DNA of 64,000 bases, taken from positions 186,001-250,000 of IMG/VR virus record IMGVR_UViG_3300044644_001125. One strand, given 5' to 3'. Position 1 is the stretch's first letter. Every line of letters starts with the position of its first letter. Under the pieces are notes generated by a model that saw only the letters and a program-made list of their open reading frames with translations, searched no databases and was not told where the DNA came from. The position numbers and the translations under genes were made by a program. Below are positions 9,676 through 18,769 of this stretch, in pieces.

Positions 9676-10443
9676 ATGAGTGCAGAATCAAAAACAAACG
9701 TATCAACAGAAGTAACGGATACCAGTGTTAGTGCATCCGCTAGTGCTGAAGCAAGTGCAGAAACATCGACTGAAACTACGGTAGGTGGTGTATCTATGGG
9801 TGCCGAGGCGTCTGCTGACGCCGAGGCCAGTGCACAAGCCGGTGCAAGTGTTGGTTTTAATGGTACCGATATCGTAGCAGAAGCCGGTGCGGGTGTTGAA
9901 GCACATGCTGATGCCCATGCAGATGCTTCAATCGGAGATACTAGCACAGTAAAAGCTACAGTATCAGCAGATGCAAATGCTGAAGCACACGCGGGTGTTG
10001 AAGCAGAAGCCTCGATAGGTGCGCATGGTATTCAAGGTAATGCCGGTGCTTCTGCTGGTGCTAGTACAGGTGTTGGTATTGGTGCGGAAATTAGTAGTAA
10101 TGGTGTAACTGCAGGTGCTACCGCTGGCGTTAGTATTGGTGCCCAAGTTGGTGCTAATATTGGTGGTGGAGTTTCACTCGATGGTAATACTGTCACACTA
10201 GATGCCGCTGGTAAAATTGCATTACTTGCAGGGGTTGACATTGATACCCATATTTCGGTTGATACTACTCCAGTAGTTAACGTGGCAACTACAGTTGCAG
10301 CACCAGTGGTTGATGCTGGTAAAACTGTAGGAAATGCAGTAGTTAACACAGCATCTGATGTTGGTAATACAGTGGTTAATGTGGGAAATGACATCGGTCA
10401 CGCGGCAAGTAATACGTTCAAGAAAATCGGCAAGTGGTTTTAG
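9676..10443 (+). CDS. Ala/Gly-rich repetitive beta-strand protein
   Basis: Recurrent GAxAxAxAxAxA-x-G-xxG pattern; SD AGGA. Confidence 0.7.
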   Translation: MSAESKTNVSTEVTDTSVSASASAEASAETSTETTVGGVSMGAEASADAEASAQAGASVGFNGTDIVAEAGAGVEAHADAHADASIGDTSTVKATVSADANAEAHAGVEAEASIGAHGIQGNAGASAGASTGVGIGAEISSNGVTAGATAGVSIGAQVGANIGGGVSLDGNTVTLDAAGKIALLAGVDIDTHISVDTTPVVNVATTVAAPVVDAGKTVGNAVVNTASDVGNTVVNVGNDIGHAASNTFKKIGKWF

Positions 10444-10501
10444 TTGACAACAAGCCAGTTAAGTAGTACAATCTTATTTTAACTTAAATTCAAGGATTAT
10501 C

Positions 10502-10798
10502 ATGCTTTTTATCAATAAAGGTTTAACAAACGGCGAAGTAGTTACTTTAAAACTTACCAGTGGTGAAGAACTTATCGGTAAGTTAGTTGAAGAAACTGAT
10601 ACCGCGTATAAAGTATCAAAACCAATGGTATTAACGATGGATCCAGCTGGTGGTATTGGCATGACTCCGTACTTATTCACTGTTAGCCCAGATGCTGATG
10701 TTTCCGTGTTCAAATCAGCAATCGCTGCTGCCATGGGATCTGCTAAGGCAATGGCAGATTCATACTTAACTGGTACCACTGGCATCGCTCTAGCATAA
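10502..10798 (+). CDS. Sm/Lsm-like small beta protein
   Basis: GEVVTLKLTSGEELIGKLVEE; upstream TTGACA-17-TACAAT at 10444-10472. Confidence 0.55.
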   Translation: MLFINKGLTNGEVVTLKLTSGEELIGKLVEETDTAYKVSKPMVLTMDPAGGIGMTPYLFTVSPDADVSVFKSAIAAAMGSAKAMADSYLTGTTGIALA

Positions 10799-10800
10799 CC

Positions 10801-11049
10801 ATGAAAAATATCTCACTAGTTACGTTAGTTGATATCGCTATGAGTATCGACGAAGAAGATCCGATTGATTTTGGTATTCTTGGTCAAACCAAAGAGTCTG
10901 CATTTGCGATGGTTGGTGCTTCAGTGCTTGAAATGTTCGATAAACGAGCATACAATGACGACGACAAGTTAATCTTACTTTCAACTATTACTAAGTTAAC
11001 CGTTGAAAACATGGTTTTAAACATTAAACTACTAAGAGGCGAACAATGA
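10801..11049 (+). CDS. hypothetical protein
   Basis: 82-aa ORF in operon. Confidence 0.65.
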   Translation: MKNISLVTLVDIAMSIDEEDPIDFGILGQTKESAFAMVGASVLEMFDKRAYNDDDKLILLSTITKLTVENMVLNIKLLRGEQ

Positions 11050-11348
11050 AGTGTGAAAAAGGTGATCTTGCTGAAATCATTTACTCGATCAGAGATTCCA
11101 ATAGAGGTAAAACGGTTTTGGTTGAAACTTACATTGGTCATTTCCAAGAAGGTGAAGAATTCAACTTTAATGGTCTAGTTTGTCAAGCACATACCACAGA
11201 TCATTATTGGTGGGTTGCTGCTGATTACGGATTAAAAGGAATGTTTGGTGAATCACCAAAACTTTACATCCCAGACACATGGTTAGAACCAATTCGACCA
11301 ACACTCGGTGTTACTGAAACCGAAGAAGAACTCGATTTGGTATCATAA
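11046..11348 (+). CDS. hypothetical protein
   Basis: 100-aa ORF, ATGA coupled. Confidence 0.65.
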   Translation: MKCEKGDLAEIIYSIRDSNRGKTVLVETYIGHFQEGEEFNFNGLVCQAHTTDHYWWVAADYGLKGMFGESPKLYIPDTWLEPIRPTLGVTETEEELDLVS

Positions 11349-11351
11349 AAC

Positions 11352-11379
11352 AAAAAGGCTACTTAGGTAGCCTTTTTTT
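11352..11379 (+). terminator. Rho-independent terminator
   Basis: AAAAAGGCTAC-TTAG-GTAGCCTTTTTTT. Confidence 0.85.
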
Positions 11380-11390
11380 GCATTTACCTA

Positions 11391-11418
11391 TTGACAACCC
11401 AAAAATATCGTATATAAT
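11391..11418 (+). promoter_or_regulatory. sigma70-type promoter
   Basis: TTGACA-16-TATAAT; a late TAAATA also at ~11485. Confidence 0.7.
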
Positions 11419-11521
11419 AGGCTCCATATTTAGCTAAAACTGCTCAAAAACGCGTAGTTTGAAACTAAATGATTTTAATTAAGTTAAATACTAATGTACG
11501 TTTCGATAAGAAACCAGATAA

Positions 11522-11745
11522 ACGGCTGAGTCATTTAAAGTAGTATGGATTCAGTCCGCGAGTCTTGGCCAATTAGAAACCCGTAGTTATTAGGGTAGCC
11601 ATGCTCGCCAAAGGGACAATATCTTCTTTAGTATTTTGAAGTTTGTTCCAATGGAGATTGCCACGCGAAAACAAAGGGTTCAACGAACCTCGTGTAGTAA
11701 CTCCCTTAATGTAATGTTACTTGATTGTCAGGTAACACCAAATGA
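11522..11745 (+). ncRNA. candidate structured 5' leader RNA
   Basis: ORF-free and GC-richer than flanks; nested stems GCTGAGTC/GATTCAGT, GCGAG-TGGC/GCCA-CTCGC, ACCC/GGGT, GGGACAA/TTGTTCC, GGAG-CACG/CGTG-CTCC, GGTTC/GAACC. Confidence 0.55.
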
Positions 11746-11760
11746 AAGGAGTTTTCAGTT

Positions 11761-12336
11761 ATGAAAAACAAAATTAAAATAGCATTGCGATTAGGTGCAT
11801 TGCTAATGGGTTCAATCAGTGCTGTTTCACATGCAAGTATTAAGCTAGAACATCACATTATTGTTGCTATCCCACCAGAATTAACAATAGTTCATGCAGA
11901 ACCATTTAATAGCCAGTTAGAATGCCTCGCGTTAAACATATATCGTGAAGCAGGTGGTGAGCCTTATGAGGGCAAAGTTGCGGTGGCACAAGTTACCATG
12001 AATCGTGTAGCACACCCAGCGTATCCAAAAGATATCTGCAATGTAGTTCATCAAAAGAAGTATGTTAGAAATCACGCAGTATGCCAATTCTCTTGGTACT
12101 GCATGAAACATAGACCAGTAGATGAAATGAACTATGCTTTGTGTCGTGAAATTGCCAGAAAGGTTATGTTTTCTGGTTATAGAATGCGCAAATTTAAAGA
12201 TGCTCTTTACTTTCATACCGTAGCGGTTAAACCAGTTTGGCGTAACAGTTTCGATATGATTGGCCGTACTGGACATCACTTGTTTTATCGACCCAAATCT
12301 CGAAAAGGTGAGATTATGTTGGCATCAGCCGATTAG
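11761..12336 (+). CDS. cell wall hydrolase, SleB/Hydrolase_2 family, with signal peptide
   Basis: CLALNIYREAGGE..GKVAVAQVTMNRV....YPKDICNVV.Q; QFSWYC; ALYFH; GHHLFY. Confidence 0.9.
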   Translation: MKNKIKIALRLGALLMGSISAVSHASIKLEHHIIVAIPPELTIVHAEPFNSQLECLALNIYREAGGEPYEGKVAVAQVTMNRVAHPAYPKDICNVVHQKKYVRNHAVCQFSWYCMKHRPVDEMNYALCREIARKVMFSGYRMRKFKDALYFHTVAVKPVWRNSFDMIGRTGHHLFYRPKSRKGEIMLASAD

Positions 12337-12404
12337 ATTTAACAAGGACCTAGCTGAGTGGTGGTCTAACTGCCACTCACTAAATATCTGTTTTGAGGCT
12401 TAAA

Positions 12405-12797
12405 ATGGATAACATAATCGTAGTAACACCCCCAGATGACATTCACCATGATGGTTTTAGACTACTTCTAGTTGATTTATCACCAGACCAATTTCAAATA
12501 GTTTCAGATAGTTTACTAAATCTCAAATCATTACCGAATGTTGTTGTCTATTCTTGGAATTCCAATGATTTAGACGAATGGCTATTACAAAAGAAAAAGA
12601 AAAGCGATCTAATTATCTTCAATGCAAGCAGTTCATGTGATAGACTCATTGGCTATCTAGCAGCACAGATAAATACATATTATTTTGGTACGCTAAGAAG
12701 TTTAGCTACCGTTAACAATCGAGTACTGCACAATACCGACCAATGTATTGATTTACTCGACAACTATATAACCCAATATAAGGATTCAATAAATTGA
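12405..12797 (+). CDS. hypothetical protein
   Basis: ORF after late promoter and GAGG SD. Confidence 0.7.
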   Translation: MDNIIVVTPPDDIHHDGFRLLLVDLSPDQFQIVSDSLLNLKSLPNVVVYSWNSNDLDEWLLQKKKKSDLIIFNASSSCDRLIGYLAAQINTYYFGTLRSLATVNNRVLHNTDQCIDLLDNYITQYKDSIN

Positions 12798-13027
12798 AAG
12801 TAAATGGCACAAAAGTTACCGTGAAGGAAACTGAAAACATAACGCAAGCATTACGTAGATTCAAGAAATCAGTTAAGAATAACGGTGTATTAGACCGTAT
12901 TCGAGAGTTGGAATACTACGAAAAACCAAAAACCACACGCAAGAAAGCAAAAGCAGCAGCAGTTGCACGTAATCGTAAAAGAGAACGTTTAGATAAACTG
13001 CCTGGCAAACCAGGTTCTAAAAAATAA
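12794..13027 (+). CDS. rpsU: ribosomal protein bS21 homolog
   Basis: VTVKETENITQALRRFKK...RELEYYEKP...RKKAKAAAVAR. Confidence 0.88.
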   Translation: MKVNGTKVTVKETENITQALRRFKKSVKNNGVLDRIRELEYYEKPKTTRKKAKAAAVARNRKRERLDKLPGKPGSKK

Positions 13028-13087
13028 TGTAGACATTACTAGCCATATGATGTATAATTGAGTTTTTAACTTGATTTGGAATTACAA

Positions 13088-13693
13088 ATGGCTAATACCG
13101 CTATCTGCATTGACTTAGAAACACTAGATACTTTACCAACAGCAACAATCTTAACCATTGGTGCTGTTAAATTTGATCCATATGGACATGAAGCAGTTGA
13201 CCATCAAATGGAACCCTTTTATGTTAAGATTGATTTAGCTAGTTGCGAACCATATAACTTAACAATCTCAGATGAAACTATTGCTTGGTGGGCTAAACAA
13301 GGCCCTGAAGCACACAAAGAAGCATTTGAAGGCACTGATAGAATCCCAATCGAAGATGCCATGCATCAATTGTTTTCTTTTGCACGTGGATGTAAGACTT
13401 TTTGGAGTCACGGTGCTGGATTTGATATTGTTATATGTGAAAACATATTCCGTAAAGTTGGTAGAGCAATTCCTTGGAAATATCATGAAATTCGTGATAC
13501 TCGTACTATCTATGACTTAGGTATTGACAACGACTTTCCAGATATTGAAGTTAAGCATCATGCACTTCAAGATGCGCACGCTGAAGCAGTTGCTGTACAG
13601 AACGTATACCGTAAGATTATGGAAATGAAAACCGTGAAGCCAATCGCAGAACCTTTACATTTCTCTAGTAGCGCGATCAGTTCTAAGGTTTAA
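13088..13693 (+). CDS. DEDD 3'-5' exonuclease (DexA-like)
   Basis: IDLETL, ILTIGAVKF, TIAWW, WSHGAGFDI, RDTRT, HHALQDA. Confidence 0.85.
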   Translation: MANTAICIDLETLDTLPTATILTIGAVKFDPYGHEAVDHQMEPFYVKIDLASCEPYNLTISDETIAWWAKQGPEAHKEAFEGTDRIPIEDAMHQLFSFARGCKTFWSHGAGFDIVICENIFRKVGRAIPWKYHEIRDTRTIYDLGIDNDFPDIEVKHHALQDAHAEAVAVQNVYRKIMEMKTVKPIAEPLHFSSSAISSKV

Positions 13694-13792
13694 CATTTTC
13701 GGGCACTAGTTCCTAGTGCCCAGCTTAAATACATTGACAAGTAACTATTAACCAGATACAATTAACCTTTAATACCAATACCGGAGACAAGT

Positions 13793-14092
13793 ATGTCAAC
13801 AGACGTAACAATTAGTGAAAATGTAGAATGCACCTTGCAACCACCTAACTTATGGAATGTTGTATTCCATAATGATGACCTAACACCAATGGAATTGGTT
13901 ATTGAAATTCTTGTTAATTTGTTTAAATTACCAGAGCAACAAGCAATAGATGTAACCTTAGAGATACATAATTCAGGTAGCGCAATTGCTGGCATTTATC
14001 CGTTTGACATTGCCGAGCAAAAAGCATTAGAATCAGTTGCCGTTGCACGAGCTAACGGTGCACCTTTGATGGTCACGGCAGAACAGGACTAA
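13793..14092 (+). CDS. clpS: ATP-dependent Clp protease adaptor ClpS
   Basis: WNVVFHNDDLTPMELVI...LEIHNSGSAIAGIY. Confidence 0.9.
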   Translation: MSTDVTISENVECTLQPPNLWNVVFHNDDLTPMELVIEILVNLFKLPEQQAIDVTLEIHNSGSAIAGIYPFDIAEQKALESVAVARANGAPLMVTAEQD

Positions 14093-14095
14093 ACT

Positions 14096-14251
14096 ATGAA
14101 ACAGAAAAAGCTAGTTAAACAAATGTACCAAGCCTGCTTGGAAAATGATACAGAAGCAATCATTGAGTTGCGGAAGAAAGAGTTTGAGAAGGTAGTCAAA
14201 CATCGAGACAAGAAAAAAGCATTTAACGGCAAGTGGACTGTTATTCGATAA
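14096..14251 (+). CDS. small basic hypothetical protein (51 aa)
   Basis: MKQKKLVKQMYQAC...; not in the ORF track. Confidence 0.5.
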   Translation: MKQKKLVKQMYQACLENDTEAIIELRKKEFEKVVKHRDKKKAFNGKWTVIR

Positions 14252-14254
14252 TAA

Positions 14255-14566
14255 TTACTTGATATCTTTGATCTCATTATTGATTTTAATGTCCGATTTT
14301 CTACGTTCGTGATCGATTACTTTGCTTCGTAAATGTAGAACAACTCGGACTTTTTCATTCAACCGGATTAAATCATGATCAAGCATACGAATTCTGTCGA
14401 TTAGTGCTATTAATGATTCGTCGGCCTCATTTATTAGTGGGTCTACCTCATTTACAACCCAACGCCAAATGAATAAAATGATATATGCAATCCCGCATAC
14501 TGCGACAATTGGATATCCGTATTTTGAAACTAAATCTGCGACTTGTTGTACTAATTGCTCATCCAT
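14255..14566 (-). CDS. small membrane protein (GYPI motif, TM plus coiled coil)
   Basis: Similar to neighbour 14566-14844. Confidence 0.7.
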   Translation of the reverse strand: MDEQLVQQVADLVSKYGYPIVAVCGIAYIILFIWRWVVNEVDPLINEADESLIALIDRIRMLDHDLIRLNEKVRVVLHLRSKVIDHERRKSDIKINNEIKDIK

Positions 14567-14844
14567 TAGTCTTTTCTCATGTCTGTTTTTTCAGTGACAC
14601 GAGAAATTCGTTCTACATCTTGGTGAAGGCCAAGTGCAGAACTTACCAACGTATCAATTCGTATGATATCAGTATTCATTGTTTTTACTCTGGTATTAAG
14701 TTCATTGATTATGTGAATCATTCCTTTGATTGACGCTATCACTCTTGATAAGATGAACTTCAGGGTAATGAATACGAACCATCCAGCAGTTAAAGCAGAG
14801 ACAATTGGAAAACCAATGTCTGATATAAACTTGAAATAGTCCAT
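14566..14844 (-). CDS. small membrane protein (GFPI motif, TM plus coiled coil)
   Basis: Minus-strand late promoter at ~14865; GGAG SD. Confidence 0.7.
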   Translation of the reverse strand: MDYFKFISDIGFPIVSALTAGWFVFITLKFILSRVIASIKGMIHIINELNTRVKTMNTDIIRIDTLVSSALGLHQDVERISRVTEKTDMRKD

Positions 14845-14944
14845 TATTTCGCTCCAGTTATCTAGTATTTACCTGGATTTGATTAAATAGTTGACATTAT
14901 GTACAGATTACTGTATACTTGATTTTGAACTACTAGGAGATAGC

Positions 14945-15208
14945 ATGGAACTGTTAAAATTTCCAACAAAAGATCAACGAGAACTCAACAATGTACTTGC
15001 TCGCAAAGCACAAATGATGGAAGTGCTATGTGCAATGATTGAGATGGTTGAAGAAGATGAAATCACTGAGTTTGTTTGTGCATCATTGGATGGATTTGGC
15101 GACATGCAAGTTCATTTATGTGCATCAGATTACGTTAGTGGGGTTGGGATGTTTGAATTAGGTAAACAAACCCTTATTAATCTATCATTAAGTGGAGAAG
15201 AAGAGTAA
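14945..15208 (+). CDS. hypothetical protein
   Basis: AGGAG SD, ATG 14945; TTGACA-17-TATACT upstream. Confidence 0.65.
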   Translation: MELLKFPTKDQRELNNVLARKAQMMEVLCAMIEMVEEDEITEFVCASLDGFGDMQVHLCASDYVSGVGMFELGKQTLINLSLSGEEE

Positions 15209-15372
15209 TGTCTGCAGGTAAATGGCATGGTGGCAAAGGCGATAAAGATCGTACTTCTGACATCAACAAATTTCGTAATAACTACGATTTAATCGACTGG
15301 TCTAAGGGTAAAGAGCCCAAAGAACCAGTTAAAACTGAACCCGAATTATCAACAAAAACCGAAGAGGCATAA
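15208..15372 (+). CDS. small hypothetical (HGGKGD motif, 54 aa)
   Basis: TAATG-coupled ORF, not in the track. Confidence 0.55.
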   Translation: MSAGKWHGGKGDKDRTSDINKFRNNYDLIDWSKGKEPKEPVKTEPELSTKTEEA

Positions 15373-15374
15373 AC

Positions 15375-15581
15375 ATGGCAGTAACATCAAAAGCAAACCC
15401 AATGCAAACTCGTAATGGTCGTCCAAGATTAGGCCCATTGAATATTGCTCAATTGACTAAGATTCTTGAAAACTCGAGCACTCGTAAAAAAACGAAAGCT
15501 AAGATTCAAAACCGTATTCGTGCATTGAAATCTCGCCATGGGTATGTTGAACCAGTTGTAGCCGATGAGTCGGTTGACTAA
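15375..15581 (+). CDS. small basic hypothetical protein
   Basis: 68-aa ORF. Confidence 0.6.
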   Translation: MAVTSKANPMQTRNGRPRLGPLNIAQLTKILENSSTRKKTKAKIQNRIRALKSRHGYVEPVVADESVD

Positions 15582-15876
15582 ATAGCTTTGCTAGTTTAGC
15601 TTTAAACTAGCCGGTATTGAAGAAAGATTAGTAGTTTTGGGAACTTTGTCGTTAATTCGACTCCTATAATGGATGAAGGTCTATGACCATCAACTAAAAA
15701 TCATGTGTTAGCAGGTTTTATAAATTTTGTCATTTGCTGCCTGACGTATATATGATGTTTTGTCTTTTGTGGATTGTTCGTTGTCAGAATCTAAGTTATT
15801 GAACCTAAGATTTGTCAATTGTTCACCTAAAACTCTACTTTCTTCGATCCGTATTACTAATCAAATAGGAGTTAAC

Positions 15877-16446
15877 ATGCAAATCACCTTACGTAAAGCA
15901 AACGCTATTCAAAACGCAATTCACGATACTATTCGTTCAATTGATATTAAACTCAACGTCGAACTTAACGAATTCCAAGATGCAGCTACTGTATTAGCAG
16001 ATGCAAATGCTCAATTATATACCAATGATGCACGTAGAGAAGCATTGTTACTTGCTTTATACAATATTCGTGGTTTGGTTGGTGTGGCTAACTCAAGTTC
16101 AGGTATTGATTTGAACTTAGCAAAAGCAGCATTCTTAGATAAACGAGTTATCCAACTAGAAGATATTGCTAGAGTTCCAGCTGCTACTGAATTACAAGTA
16201 TTAACTGGTAAACTAGACAAAATTAAAACACGTGTTACTGATGAAACCCGATATGGTATTTCTCGTGACACCGTGACAACGACTATCGTATCCCAAGAGC
16301 AAATCGATGCTGCTAAAGATGCGATTAAACAACTCAAAAAACAAAAGTTAGCATTAACTGACCAAGTTTTAGAGTTAAACATCAAAACTGAAATTCCATT
16401 GACTGATGATGTAGTTAATACATTGAAAGCTGAAGGGATTTTGTAA
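15877..16446 (+). CDS. coiled-coil hypothetical protein
   Basis: AGGAG SD then MQITLRKANAIQ. Confidence 0.75.
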   Translation: MQITLRKANAIQNAIHDTIRSIDIKLNVELNEFQDAATVLADANAQLYTNDARREALLLALYNIRGLVGVANSSSGIDLNLAKAAFLDKRVIQLEDIARVPAATELQVLTGKLDKIKTRVTDETRYGISRDTVTTTIVSQEQIDAAKDAIKQLKKQKLALTDQVLELNIKTEIPLTDDVVNTLKAEGIL

Positions 16447-16470
16447 GTTTTGGCTAAATACTGGTATGCT

Positions 16471-16541
16471 GTGGACCTACGTAAGGGGATGGTGGGCTTA
16501 AAGAACCCACTAGCGGTGTTCGAATCATCGGGTCTGCACCA
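16471..16541 (+). tRNA. atypical tRNA; anticodon AAA (Phe) with C.A mismatch, or 9-nt loop around UAA
   Basis: Acceptor GTGGACC/GGTCTGC+A+CCA, T arm CGGTG-TTCGAAT-CATCG, short D arm CGT-AAGGGG-ATG; late promoter 16 nt upstream. Confidence 0.75.
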
Positions 16542-16574
16542 TACTTCATTCTAACCTTATTATAGGTATTTCAA

Positions 16575-16850
16575 ATGCAACAAATCCAAGCAAGTCACAT
16601 CTTAGTTCCATCTCTAATCGCAGCCAATGAAGTATTGGCTAAACTAAAAGATAATGGAGACTTTGCTACCTTAGCAGCAAATTACAGTTCATGTCCAAGC
16701 GGAAAAGCATCTGGTGGCGACTTAGGCTCATTTGGTAAAGGAATGATGGTTCCTGAATTCCAAGATGCCGCATTCGCATTAGAGGTAGGTCAATTAAGTG
16801 AAGCAGTTCAAACTCAGTTTGGTTGGCATTTAATCAAACGTACTGCCTAA
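16575..16850 (+). CDS. ppiC: parvulin-type peptidyl-prolyl isomerase
   Basis: ASHILV, FATLAANYSSCPSG..GGDLGSF..G.MVPEF..AAF, TQFGWHLI. Confidence 0.92.
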   Translation: MQQIQASHILVPSLIAANEVLAKLKDNGDFATLAANYSSCPSGKASGGDLGSFGKGMMVPEFQDAAFALEVGQLSEAVQTQFGWHLIKRTA

Positions 16851-17161
16851 GTATAATACAACGAAAACTTTTTCAATTCTTCAAGTGTTAGATTGTTCTT
16901 AGTTCGGTTAGCCTTGACACTAATAACTTGAAGATTATCGAAGGTGTACCCAACGGATGAGTCAATTCTATCAAATGATACTGAATTATCTTTTGGCTCA
17001 CCTCGATTCCAAACTAAAGGCATTCCTAATATCGGACAAGTAATCGGAAAGTCAATCTGATACAAGTCTGCTATCGTCAAATCAAACTCTATATTCCTTT
17101 TCTTCGCAGAACTTTTCAATCTGCTATGAATCTTTCTTACATCTGGTAATTTCGTACTCAT
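16847..17161 (-). CDS. HNH-like (His-Me finger) endonuclease
   Basis: CPILG...SFDRIDSSVGYTFDNLQVISVKANRTK; isolated on the minus strand. Confidence 0.75.
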   Translation of the reverse strand: MSTKLPDVRKIHSRLKSSAKKRNIEFDLTIADLYQIDFPITCPILGMPLVWNRGEPKDNSVSFDRIDSSVGYTFDNLQVISVKANRTKNNLTLEELKKFSLYYT

Positions 17162-17227
17162 TTCATTTCTCTGTTGACTTTCGCATATTTAGGTGCTATC
17201 ATTCCCTAAACTTAACTAGGAGAACCA

Positions 17228-17746
17228 ATGAAAATAACAGCGTACAAATGCGAAGATACAGGTCAAGTCTTTGAACATCTAAAAGATTATCGAACTCATC
17301 GTGCAAAGATTAGTCACCAATTGAAAAAGGAACGTATATGGCGTGAAAAGGCTTTATGGTTGAAACGTAAATGGCAAGAGATGTACAATGCAGTTAGCAC
17401 AATCCAAGAATTTGAACAGTGGGTTACTGACAACTGGGATGTATTTGAAGAAAACTATCGTCATCAGTCATGCTATATTAATCGCCGCTATACGTTGCCA
17501 AAGTTAGTACAGTTCAAAGTGATACAGTCGCATTATGTGGATGGAATATGGAAATGCCAAGCTAAGTTACAGTTATCTGCTGACACACCGTCATTTATCA
17601 GTAACTATTTCAGATTTGATGATGGACCATTTGAAACATCCAGTGGCGGTGGAAGCCATAAAAACTACAACCAGTATTTTCACATCAAATCGGAAAAGTT
17701 CCATGTCTTAACAACCCGATACTTTCTAACAAAGGAGCCAGTATGA
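17228..17746 (+). CDS. hypothetical protein
   Basis: AGGAG SD, 172 aa. Confidence 0.7.
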   Translation: MKITAYKCEDTGQVFEHLKDYRTHRAKISHQLKKERIWREKALWLKRKWQEMYNAVSTIQEFEQWVTDNWDVFEENYRHQSCYINRRYTLPKLVQFKVIQSHYVDGIWKCQAKLQLSADTPSFISNYFRFDDGPFETSSGGGSHKNYNQYFHIKSEKFHVLTTRYFLTKEPV

Positions 17747-18210
17747 TTAAACCAATTGCCTATATATTAGTTGGAATACCAGCATCTGGTAAATCAACTT
17801 GGGCAGAAAAACAGGAGTGGATCGAAGAATGTGCTTATATCAGCACCGACCATCACGTTGAAGAGTATGCTAAATTAGTAGATAAGACCTATAGCGAAGT
17901 CTTTGATGATTATATGCCAACTGCAATTAACCTAATGGCTGCTGATGTATTAGATGCGGTTAAAGATAATATGGATATCGTTTGGGATCAAACCAGCACT
18001 ACCGTGAAATCAAGAAGACGTAAGTTTAAAATGTTAACTGGTTATCACATGATTGCTGTTGTTTTTAGAATACCAGATGACAATACACTAGCTAAAAGAT
18101 TATCGAACAGACCTGGTAAGAATATTCCATGGGATGTAGTTGAAAAAATGAAATCACAATTCGTGATGCCAACTAAAGAGGAGGGGTTTGATGAAATCTG
18201 GTTCACGTGA
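17743..18210 (+). CDS. P-loop kinase (AAA_33/PNK-like)
   Basis: LVGIPASGKSTW, ISTD, VWDQT....SRR. Confidence 0.85.
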   Translation: MIKPIAYILVGIPASGKSTWAEKQEWIEECAYISTDHHVEEYAKLVDKTYSEVFDDYMPTAINLMAADVLDAVKDNMDIVWDQTSTTVKSRRRKFKMLTGYHMIAVVFRIPDDNTLAKRLSNRPGKNIPWDVVEKMKSQFVMPTKEEGFDEIWFT

Positions 18211-18733
18211 TATCTGGGTAACTTCGGATTTACATTTCGGGCATGTTGGAATTTGTAAATTTCTAAAAGATGATGGATCTAAGGTTAGACCATGGGATTC
18301 CTATGAGGAAATGGACGCGGAGTTGATTAAACGGTTTAATGACAAAGTCAAGCCAACTGACAAATGCTATATCTTGGGTGATGTTGCGATTAATCGTCGT
18401 GCATTACCAACCCTAGCACGGCTGAACTGCAAAGACTTAGTTTTAATCAAAGGAAACCACGATTTGTTTAGGTTAGAAGAGTATACTCCGTACTTTCGTG
18501 ATATCCGTGCGTACATGGTATTTGAAGATATCCTGTTAAGTCATATCCCAGTGCATCCGCAATCGTTAGCACGATGGCAAGGACAGATACACGGCCATTT
18601 ACACAATGACTTGGTATTAAACAATGGAGTGCCTGATTTACGGTACTTTAATGCCTGTGTAGAGCAGCATGATTTCGCACCTATCTTGTTACAGGACGCG
18701 ATTTCTCATCTAAAGGAGCGCATTACGGGCTAA
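18191..18733 (+). CDS. calcineurin-like metallophosphoesterase
   Basis: SDLHFGH, ILGD, GNHD, LSHIP, HGHLH. Confidence 0.9.
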   Translation: MKSGSRDIWVTSDLHFGHVGICKFLKDDGSKVRPWDSYEEMDAELIKRFNDKVKPTDKCYILGDVAINRRALPTLARLNCKDLVLIKGNHDLFRLEEYTPYFRDIRAYMVFEDILLSHIPVHPQSLARWQGQIHGHLHNDLVLNNGVPDLRYFNACVEQHDFAPILLQDAISHLKERITG

Positions 18734-18769
18734 ATACTCTTATACTTACTAATTAGGAGTTTAACAAAT

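Noticed and set aside
9651-10394. Antisense ORFs 9651-9947, 9703-9918, 9964-10146, 10032-10394
   Set aside because: Shadows of the low-complexity plus-strand gene; no SD or promoter
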